In this document: positions 17,676 through 25,314 of the stretch, in pieces
How positions within the stretch are numbered: position 1 is the stretch's first letter
How the letters are laid out: every line of letters starts with the position of its first letter
Source of the DNA: Gaiellaceae bacterium
GTDB taxonomy: Bacteria; Actinomycetota; Thermoleophilia; Gaiellales; Gaiellaceae
DNA length: 64,000 bases
Assembly (NCBI GenBank): GCA_036395295.1
Contig: DASWDJ010000195.1
Location: forward strand, 2,283-66,282
Reading direction: 5' to 3'
Made by a program: the position numbers and the translations under genes
Notes under the pieces: model-generated
The model's input: the letters and a program-made list of their open reading frames with translations, nothing else
What the model was told of the DNA's origin: nothing
The model's database searches: none

Positions 17676-17826
17676 CTCTCATAGAAGCATCACGAGAGAT
17701 CTCAAGACCTGACACGAGAGATCTTCGAAACCGGGAGATGGCCCTGCTCGGGGAACTAGTCCAGGCTGTCTTGACACCTGATGACAGCCTGCGGACGTGG
17801 GCTGGCCATTCCTCGACCCACCGCCT

Positions 17827-17954
17827 ACAGAGGTACTGGCCCTGTAAGTCGAACTCTGTTCGCCTGAGCTCCTCGCCTCGCGCGCTACGCGCGTCGGCTG
17901 CCTTCGGGCTTTGGCCGGGGTTCTGGCCACAGGGCCAGTGGAACTACTCTACTC
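17827..17954 (+). repeat. 128-bp GC-rich structured repeat, copy 1
   Basis: The 116-bp core (17827-17942) differs at only 2 positions (17845, 17936) from 22727-22842. It contains a 10-bp long-range stem (CTGGCCCTGT / ACAGGGCCAG) and internal hairpins, including GCC-TTCG-GGC and CGCGCG-cta-CGCGCG. Confidence 0.9.
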
Positions 17955-18008
17955 CTCTAAGCTCGTAAGCGTTAGCCGTGGGCACCCCCGAGCCAGATCC
18001 GTTCGCTC

Positions 18009-18839
18009 GTGCGTGAAAGTATTGACGGGCGAATGAGTACGCTCGCCGCCCCCGAACGCGAACAGCCCGAGCAAGGTCACGCCGCGCTCGAGGCGGTTGA
18101 GGTCAGCAAGCAGTTCGGCGGGGTGCACGCGCTGCGCGGGGTCTCGCTGCGGCTGCGCGAAGGACAGATCGTCGGGCTGATCGGCCCGAACGGGTCCGGA
18201 AAGACGACTCTGCTCAACTGCGTCTCGGGTGTCTTCGCGCCCACTTCCGGCTCCGTGCTTCTTGACGGCGACGAGATCGCCGGCAAGCAGGCGCACGAGA
18301 TTGCCCGCGCCGGCGTCGTCCGCACCTTCCAGAACGTTCGGCTCTTCGACGGCCTCACCACGCTCGAGAACGTCGCGGTCGCGGCGCTCGCCGCCGGTGG
18401 CACGCGCCGCCGGGACTCGCACGCGTACGCGCGCGAGCTGCTCGACCGGCTCCGGCTCACCGAGCTCGCCGGGCGCTATGCGGGCACGCTCTCCTTCGGC
18501 GACCAGCGGCGGCTCGAGATCGCCCGCGCGCTCGCCGCCTCGCCCCGCTTCCTGCTCCTCGACGAGCCGGCCGCGGGCATGAGCGAGCAGGAATCGGACG
18601 AGCTGCGGGATTCGATCGAGCGCGTTCGAGGCGAGCAGGGCTGCGGTGTGCTCGTCGTCGAGCACGACCTGCGACTGATCATGCGCCTCTGCGACTCCGT
18701 CCAGGTGCTGAACGAAGGCGCGGTGATCAGCGAAGGCACGCCGGCCGAGGTGAGATCCGATCCGGCCGTGATCGCGGCCTATATCGGCGAGGAGGAACCC
18801 AGGGGGAAGAACGGCAACGAGAAAGGAGCAGGTCAATGA
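18009..18839 (+). CDS. branched-chain amino acid-type ABC transporter ATP-binding protein (LivG-like)
   Basis: Walker A GPNGSGKTT, signature FGDQRRLEIARAL, Walker B LLLDEPAAGM. The start could instead be the ATG at 18033. Confidence 0.85.
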   Translation: MRESIDGRMSTLAAPEREQPEQGHAALEAVEVSKQFGGVHALRGVSLRLREGQIVGLIGPNGSGKTTLLNCVSGVFAPTSGSVLLDGDEIAGKQAHEIARAGVVRTFQNVRLFDGLTTLENVAVAALAAGGTRRRDSHAYARELLDRLRLTELAGRYAGTLSFGDQRRLEIARALAASPRFLLLDEPAAGMSEQESDELRDSIERVRGEQGCGVLVVEHDLRLIMRLCDSVQVLNEGAVISEGTPAEVRSDPAVIAAYIGEEEPRGKNGNEKGAGQ

Positions 18840-20035
18840 GCAGACGGGTCTCCGCACTCATTCTGACCCTGTTGGCGCTCGCCCTCGTGGGCGCGGGCTG
18901 CGGCGGCAACGACAACGAAGGAGGCGGCGCGCTCAAGAGCGGCGAGACGTTCACGGTCGGCTACGGCAACAACCTCACCGGGTTCTTGGCCGTCCACGAC
19001 AAGCTGATTTCGAACGGCGCCCAGGTCGCGGTCGATGAGATCAACAACGCGGGCGGGATCGACGGCAAGGTGAAGATCGACCTCCAGCTCGCGGACACGA
19101 AGAGCGACCCAGCCGCGGCGGTCACGGCCGCGAACGACCTGATCGCCAAGAACGTGGACACGATCGTCCTGCCCTGCAACACCGACTTCCAGATCGCGAT
19201 GGCGACGGTGACGCAGCGCAAGAACGTGCTGACGATCTCGCCCTGCAACGCCGATCCGACCGCGCCCACGAAGTTCGACGTCTACTGGCCGGTCGGCATG
19301 GGCGGCAACGCTCAGGGCGCCCAGCTCGCGACCTACGTCGCCGACCAGGGCTACAAGAACGCCTACGTCCTCGACTCGAACTTCCTCTACATCAACCTGA
19401 TGAGCAAGTACTTCAAGAAGGCCGCCGCGGACCGCGACATCACGATCAGCGGCACCGACAACATTCCGTTCGGGGGGACCGGCTTCCCGACCGACTTCTC
19501 GCCGCAGGTGACGAAGATCAAGAACGCGAGCCCGAAGCCGGACGTGATCATGACGGCGCTCTTCACGCCGTTCGTGAACACGCTCGTCAAGCAGCTCCGG
19601 GCCCAGGGCATCGACACGCCCGTTGTCGGCACGGACGGGATGGACACCGGTCTCCACCTCAAGGCAGGCGGCAAGTCGGCCGAGGGAACGGTCTTCACGA
19701 CCTTCGGCTTCCCCGTTCCGGGCTCGGCGACGGACAAGTTCTACGACCAGTACGCGGCCAAGTTCGGGTCGCGGCCCGACGGCAGCTTCACCGCGCTCGG
19801 CTACGAGTCGATCAAGGTGCTCGAGGCGGCGATCAAGAAGGCCGGCTCGACCGATCCGGCCGATATCGCCAAGGCTCTCTCGGACGGGCTCGAGGTCAAC
19901 GGCGCGCTCGGCAAGATCACCTATCCGGGCGGCGGCGAGCACAACCCCCAGACCGAGGTCGCGCTCGTCAAGGTGCAGAACGGGAAGTTCGTGCTCGTCA
20001 AGAAGGGAGTGCCGGAAGACGTTCCCGAGCCCTAG
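18836..20035 (+). CDS. ABC transporter substrate-binding lipoprotein (LivK / type I periplasmic binding protein family)
   Basis: Lipobox LVGAGC after a hydrophobic signal sequence. About 400 aa with a Leu/Ile/Val-binding-protein-like sequence. ATGA overlap with the upstream gene. Confidence 0.8.
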   Translation: MSRRVSALILTLLALALVGAGCGGNDNEGGGALKSGETFTVGYGNNLTGFLAVHDKLISNGAQVAVDEINNAGGIDGKVKIDLQLADTKSDPAAAVTAANDLIAKNVDTIVLPCNTDFQIAMATVTQRKNVLTISPCNADPTAPTKFDVYWPVGMGGNAQGAQLATYVADQGYKNAYVLDSNFLYINLMSKYFKKAAADRDITISGTDNIPFGGTGFPTDFSPQVTKIKNASPKPDVIMTALFTPFVNTLVKQLRAQGIDTPVVGTDGMDTGLHLKAGGKSAEGTVFTTFGFPVPGSATDKFYDQYAAKFGSRPDGSFTALGYESIKVLEAAIKKAGSTDPADIAKALSDGLEVNGALGKITYPGGGEHNPQTEVALVKVQNGKFVLVKKGVPEDVPEP

Positions 20036-20041
20036 GCGCCG

Positions 20042-20761
20042 ATGACGGCGCTGCTCGACGTCCGCGGTCTCCGCGCCCGCTACGGGCCGATCGTCGCCGT
20101 CCGCGAGGCGAATCTCCACGTCGAGGAGGGCGAGATCGTCGCCCTCCTCGGCGCGAACGGCGCGGGTAAGACGACGACGCTCGGGGCGATCGCCGGTCTC
20201 GTTCGCGCCCGCGAGGGTGAGATCAGCCTGGCCGGAGAGGATGTCTCGCGGCTCGCGCCCGAGCAGATCGCCCGGCGGGGCCTGAGCCTCACGCCCGAGG
20301 GGCGCCGCCTGTTCGCGACGCTGACCGTGGCCGAGAACCTCGCGATCGGCGCCGCCTCGCTCGCGCGGCAGAAGCGGAAGTCGGGGACTGAGAGGAAGGA
20401 GCTCCTCGAGCTCTTCCCCGTGCTCGCGCAGCGGCTGCACTCGCCGGCAGGCACGCTCTCGGGCGGCGAACAGCAGCAGCTCGCGATCGCGCGCTCGCTG
20501 ATGTCGCGGCCGCGCCTGCTCCTCCTCGACGAGCCGACGCTCGGCTTGGCGCCAAAGCTCGTCCGGCTCGTCTTCGAGCTGATCGGGCGGCTGCGCACCG
20601 AGCGCGGGCTCACCGTCCTCCTCGTCGAGCAGAACGTCCACCGCGCTCTCGACCTCTGCGACCGCGCCTACGTGATGAGGCTGGGAGCGATCGAGGTCGA
20701 GGGCACTCCGGACGAGCTGCGCCGCGAGACCCGGATCGAGCAGGCCTACCTCGGGCGATGA
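20042..20761 (+). CDS. branched-chain amino acid-type ABC transporter ATP-binding protein (LivF-like)
   Basis: GANGAGKTTT, LSGGEQQQLAIARSL, LLLDEPTLGLAP. Confidence 0.85.
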   Translation: MTALLDVRGLRARYGPIVAVREANLHVEEGEIVALLGANGAGKTTTLGAIAGLVRAREGEISLAGEDVSRLAPEQIARRGLSLTPEGRRLFATLTVAENLAIGAASLARQKRKSGTERKELLELFPVLAQRLHSPAGTLSGGEQQQLAIARSLMSRPRLLLLDEPTLGLAPKLVRLVFELIGRLRTERGLTVLLVEQNVHRALDLCDRAYVMRLGAIEVEGTPDELRRETRIEQAYLGR

Positions 20762-21648
20762 GCCTCCAGGAGCTCGTCGAGCAGTCGGTCAACGGGCTCG
20801 CCCTCGGTAGCTCGTACGCCTTGCTCGCGCTCGGGCTCGCGATGGTCTTCAGCATCATGGGCCTGATCAACTTCGCCCACGGCGAGCTGCTGACGATCGG
20901 CGGCTACACGATGTGGGTCGCCTTCGAGCACGGCGTGCCGTGGCCGCTCGTGATCCCGATCACGCTGCTCTCGACGACGCTCGCTGCGGTGCTGATGGAG
21001 CGTGTCGCCTTCAGGCCGCTCCGCGGGGCGAGCCTCGTCACGCTCCTCATCACCTCGTTCGCGGTCAGCTACTTCCTGCAGACCGTCTTCCAGATCGGGA
21101 TCAACACGCAGCCGGAAGGGATCGAGCTGCCGACCTGGGTGAACGACGTCGCGCACGTCGGCTCAGTCGCGATCCCGATCGTGAAGCTGGTCACGGCGGG
21201 CGTCACGCTGCTCGCGCTCGTCGCGTTGACGTTTTTCCTGCGGCGCACCCTGCTCGGGATCTCGATGCGCGCGGCCGCCGAGGACTTCCCGGTCGTCAGG
21301 CTGATGGGCGTGCGGGCGAACGGCGTCGTCGTCGCCGCCTTCGCGATCTCGGGCTTCCTCGCGGGGATCGCGGCGCTGCTTTTCTTCGCGCAGACCGCCG
21401 CGGTGGATTCCACGACCGGCACCGCGCCGGTCGTGAAGGCGTTCATCGCGGTCATCCTGGGCGGCCTCGGCAGCCTCACGGGAGCGGTTGTCGGCGGCTT
21501 CGTGCTCGGGTTCGCCGAGGTGATATTCCAGGCGACGCTGCCGGACGGCGTGCTCGAGTTTCGCGACGCCTTCGTGCTCAGCCTGCTGATCGCGATCCTG
21601 CTCCTCCGGCCCGGCGGCCTCTTCGGTCGGGCGCGAGGCCTCGAATGA
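20758..21648 (+). CDS. branched-chain amino acid-type ABC transporter permease (LivH-like)
   Basis: 296 aa and multi-TM. The N-terminus LQELVEQSVNGLALGSSYALLALGLAMVFSIMGLINFAHGE is typical of LivH. Confidence 0.85.
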   Translation: MSLQELVEQSVNGLALGSSYALLALGLAMVFSIMGLINFAHGELLTIGGYTMWVAFEHGVPWPLVIPITLLSTTLAAVLMERVAFRPLRGASLVTLLITSFAVSYFLQTVFQIGINTQPEGIELPTWVNDVAHVGSVAIPIVKLVTAGVTLLALVALTFFLRRTLLGISMRAAAEDFPVVRLMGVRANGVVVAAFAISGFLAGIAALLFFAQTAAVDSTTGTAPVVKAFIAVILGGLGSLTGAVVGGFVLGFAEVIFQATLPDGVLEFRDAFVLSLLIAILLLRPGGLFGRARGLE

Positions 21649-22691
21649 GGCAACTCGCCCGCTCCTGGGTGGCGGAGGTGGCCGTCGGTGCGGCGCTGCC
21701 TGCCGCGGTGCTCGTGCTCGTCGCAGGCTACGGCTGGCTGGTCGCGGACGAGGGCCTGCAGACCAAGATCACGCTCTTCTTCATCAACGTCGTCTTCGTC
21801 GTCGCCCTGCAGACGTTCTCCGGCAACTCGGGCATCCTCTCCTTCGGGCAGATGGCCTTCGTCGGCGTCGGGGCTTACGTCGCCGCGATCCTGACCATCG
21901 ACCCGGCGCTGAAGCCGACGCTCCTGACGGGCCTCCCGGGCTTCCTCGATGACGCCCAGCTCTCGTTCGTCGAGGCGACGGCGGCGGCGGCGGGAGTCGC
22001 TGCACTCGTCGCGCTCGTGACAGGGCTGCCGATCCTGCGCCTCGACGGGGCGAGCGCGGTGATCGCGATCCTGTCGCTGCTGCTGATCGCGGACGTCGTC
22101 TTCAGCGGCTGGATCGGAGTCACCCGCGGTGCGGGCGGGCTCTACGCGATCCCGCCGGAGGCGACGATCGGGCGCACGCTCGCCGTGGCGGTGCTCGTCG
22201 TCTTCGTCGCGCGCTGGTTCCGGGACTCGAAGAGCGGCCTGCTGCTCCGCGGCAGCCGGGAGGATGCGTTCTCCGCGGCCTCGGTCGGCATTTTCGTTCG
22301 CGGCACGCGAATGCGCGCCTGGGTCCTTAGCGGGGCGCTCAGCGGCGCCGGCGGCGCGCTCTTCGCCTTTTGGCTGGGGACGATCTCGCCGACGAACTTC
22401 TTCCTCGCGCCGACCTTCGCCGTAATCGTGATGCTGATCATCGGCGGCATGGCGACGGTCAGCGGCGCCGTGCTCGGGGCCGCGCTCGTCACGTTCGTGC
22501 AGGAGTGGCTGCGGCCGTACGAGGACAACAGCGTGCACCTCGGCCCGCTCGACATCGACCGCCTGACCGGGCTGACGCAGCTTGCTCTGGTGGCGATGAT
22601 CCTCGCCGTCATGTACTTCCGCCGCGAAGGCCTCGTCGCGCGGCGCGAGCTTGACGAGTCGCTGCGCGGGCTGCTCAGGCGCCGCCGGTAG
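21645..22691 (+). CDS. branched-chain amino acid-type ABC transporter permease (LivM-like)
   Basis: ATG at 21645 (ATGA overlap with livH-like). 348 aa and multi-TM. The upstream part of the tracked 592-aa ORF is an out-of-context Arg-rich extension. Confidence 0.8.
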   Translation: MRQLARSWVAEVAVGAALPAAVLVLVAGYGWLVADEGLQTKITLFFINVVFVVALQTFSGNSGILSFGQMAFVGVGAYVAAILTIDPALKPTLLTGLPGFLDDAQLSFVEATAAAAGVAALVALVTGLPILRLDGASAVIAILSLLLIADVVFSGWIGVTRGAGGLYAIPPEATIGRTLAVAVLVVFVARWFRDSKSGLLLRGSREDAFSAASVGIFVRGTRMRAWVLSGALSGAGGALFAFWLGTISPTNFFLAPTFAVIVMLIIGGMATVSGAVLGAALVTFVQEWLRPYEDNSVHLGPLDIDRLTGLTQLALVAMILAVMYFRREGLVARRELDESLRGLLRRRR

Positions 22692-22726
22692 CCGACCCGG
22701 GCCGCTGCCGGACGACGCCTCGTTGC

Positions 22727-22854
22727 ACAGAGGTACTGGCCCTGCAAGTCGAACTCTGTTCGCCTGAGCTCCTCGCCTCGCGCGCTACGCGCGTCGGCTG
22801 CCTTCGGGCTTTGGCCGGGGTTCTGGCCACAGGGCTAGTGGATCCACCCTACTC
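22727..22854 (+). repeat. 128-bp GC-rich structured repeat, copy 2
   Basis: Same orientation as copy 1 and offset exactly 4,900 bp from it. It starts 36 nt after the livM-like stop. Confidence 0.9.
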
Positions 22855-22893
22855 GCAGCGCGAACCAAACGCGATCCGCGCGCTCGAACCTGT

Positions 22894-24836
22894 TCAGGGC
22901 AGCGGCACGCGCGGGGTCGAGACGACGCCGAGGCGCTCGAGGATCGTCTGGCTCTCGGCCTCGGCTTCCGGGCCGCCGAGGCCGGTTCGGGCGAGTGCTT
23001 CCAGCGTCAGGGCCACCTCGTAGTCGGCCTCGAGCTCGCGCGCGAGCTCGAGGCTCCGCTCGAAGCGCGCGCCCGCCTCGTCGGCTCGGCGCGCCTGCAC
23101 TAGGGCATAGCCATGGAGCCTCTCGAGGAGTGGGTAGCGGAGCGGATTCTCCTCGGCCGCCTCGAGGACGGTCGGCGCGACATCGAGGGCCTCTTGGTAG
23201 CGCCCCCCGAGCACGAGGCACTCGGCTCGCCGGGCCTGGGTCTCGTGGACGAGCGCCTCCGAGCCGAGCGACTCGAAGGCGGTGAGCCCCTCGGTGAACA
23301 GGTCCAGCGCCTCGTCGAAGCGACGCGCGCGGGCAGCGACCCGGGCGAGGTTCGAGGTCGCGAGCGCGATGCCGACGAGGTACTGCGCGGCCCGCCAGAC
23401 TCGCCGCGCCTCGAGGAAGAGCGTCTCGGCCTCCTCGAGCTTGCCCTGGTCGGAGACGATCTCGCCCTCGTTGTTTTGCGCGCGCGCGACGTTGACGACG
23501 TCGCCCGCACGCTCGCTCAGCTCGCCGCTCCGCCTGTAGAGCTCCGAGGCCTCGTCCCAGCGGCCCGCGTAGTAGGCCTCGATTCCGAGGTTGTTGACGA
23601 GGTTGGACTGGAGGACGAGATTGCCGGCCTCCTCGAGCATGGACAGCGCCAGATTGGCGTGCTCCTCATCCCTCTCGCCGAGCGACAGGCGGTTGAGGTG
23701 GAGCAGGTAGTAAGCGTGGCCGAGTGCGGCCCGGTCGCCCGCGAGCTCGGCATGCTCGGCGGCGCGTTCGCTCCAATCGACGCCCTCGTCGAAGCGTCCC
23801 TGCCGGAACTTGACTCCGGCCGTCGCGAGCTCGAGCTGCACGCGGCTGGCGACCCCGTCTTCCCTTGCGGTGGCATCCAGCGCCTCGAGCCCACGGCCGT
23901 ACCAGTCGAGCGCCTCGGGATAGCTTCCGAGGCGCTCACGGAGGATTCCCTCCTTGCGCATCAGACGCGAGCGCACGAGCCCGTCCTCGGTCAGCTCACG
24001 CGCGAGGCGGTAGGCGTCCCCGGCCTCCTCGTAACGCGCCGTGAGCTCGCAGACATCGCCAAGTGCTTCGGCGACGTCTGCCACCTCGGCCGGCGGCAGC
24101 TCGAGGTGCTCGGCCGCGACGAGCGCGCGCTGGAAGAGCTCGGCCGCGTCGATGTTCGCAGACCGGCGTTGGGCCAGGTAGCCGACCGCTGCGGAGTAGC
24201 GCCAAGCACGCTCGTAGTCCTCCGCGTGCAGGAAATGGAGCGAGAGGAGGGGCGCAAGCTCCGCAGCGTCTGCTCCGGCCCGCTGCTCGAGCGCCGTGCC
24301 GACCCGCCAGTGGATCTCGCGCCGGCGGCGGAAGGAGAGGCCCTCGTACGCGACCGTTCGGAAGAGGTCGTGCCGGAAGCGCAGCTCGTTCGTCCCCTCC
24401 CAGGCCACGAACCCCCCAGGCGGCGCCAGCGGTCGAGGTCGCCGATGTCCTCGAGCTCATCCGCGAGGACGTCGGCCAGCAGGTCGAGCTCGAAGCGGGC
24501 GCCCAGGACCGAGGCGTTGCGGAGGAGGAAGCGATCGCCGGGGTCGAGCGTGTCGATCCGCGTCGTGATCAGCGTCTCGACGGTCTCTGGAAGCGCCGCC
24601 GCGCCGCCGGCAGCGCGGGTGGCGGCTACGAGCTCGCGCACGAAGAGCGGGTTGCCGCCGGAGCGCGCCGAGACTTCGCCGAGCAGCTCCTCGGAGAGGG
24701 CGACCTCTCCGGCGGCCGAGAGCGCGAGCCGAGCCGTGTCCTCGCTGCAGAGCGCCGAGAGCTCGATGAGCCGCTGTCCTTCGCCCGGCTCGTCGACGAA
24801 CGGCAGGCCCTGCGGCCGGCACGGGAGCTGCCTTGT
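22894..24836 (-). pseudogene. 5'-truncated, frameshifted paralog of the cyclase/AAA/TPR regulator family
   Basis: The upstream frame reads ..RLIELSALCSEDTARLALSAAGEVALSEELLGEVSARSGGNPLFVRELVAATR...TLITTRIDTLDPGDRFLLRNASVLGARFELDLL...DRWRRLGG. The frame changes inside a C6 run (24412-24417) to FVAWEGTNELRFRHDLFRTVAYEGL... followed by about 480 aa of TPR. No P-loop or cyclase part is present, and a TGA closes the frame at 24837-24839. Confidence 0.75.
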
Positions 24837-24839
24837 TCA

Positions 24840-25138
24840 GCAGCCTGGCGGATGCGGCGTCGTCCGATCGTGCGCCGACGACCGTGGCGGCGGTGTACAC
24901 CATCTTCGACAGCCTCGCCTACATCGGATTCACGGCGATGGGCCTCGTGACCGCTGGGGTTGCGGTGGCGAGCTTTCGCGAGCATGCGTTTTCGCGAGCC
25001 GTTGGCTGGCTGAGCGCCATCGGCACCGGACTCGTCGTGTGCTGTGGGATGCGTAAATTCGGTCGTACATCACAAAACATTCGATTTGCAGGCAAGACCG
25101 AGCGTACGCACCCCACAGCCCTACGCCGAGCCTTCTAG
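24840..25138 (+). pseudogene. fragment of a membrane-protein gene (two hydrophobic helices), 5'-truncated
   Basis: High-GC3 coding-like stretch VAAVYTIFDSLAYIGFTAMGLVTAGVAVASF...AVGWLSAIGTGLVV. It degenerates into AT-richer sequence after about 25045. It has no credible start or RBS and abuts the truncated 5' end of the opposite-strand pseudogene. Confidence 0.3.
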
Positions 25139-25314
25139 GCTCCAGGCCCCGGAGCTCACGGCCGGCGGTGGAGCGGCTCGAAGTATGGAGTGGCCCGCGT
25201 GGGCGCGCTGAAGGAAGCCGAGGTCTAGACTCGGACGCCTCGTTCTCGTAGTCTCCCGCTGGAACCTGCGGCCAGGCTCACCCGAGCCAGCCGCGCGGGG
25301 GAGAGGGAGGGCTT

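Larger units (their letters stand above)
16233..17826 (+). mobile_element. IS110-family insertion sequence (boundaries approximate)
   Basis: A DEDD-type transposase gene has roughly 400-bp 5' and 150-bp 3' non-coding flanks with no terminal inverted repeats, as is usual for IS110. The right limit is set at the start of the 128-bp repeat, the left limit at the 13-bp inverted repeat. Confidence 0.55.
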
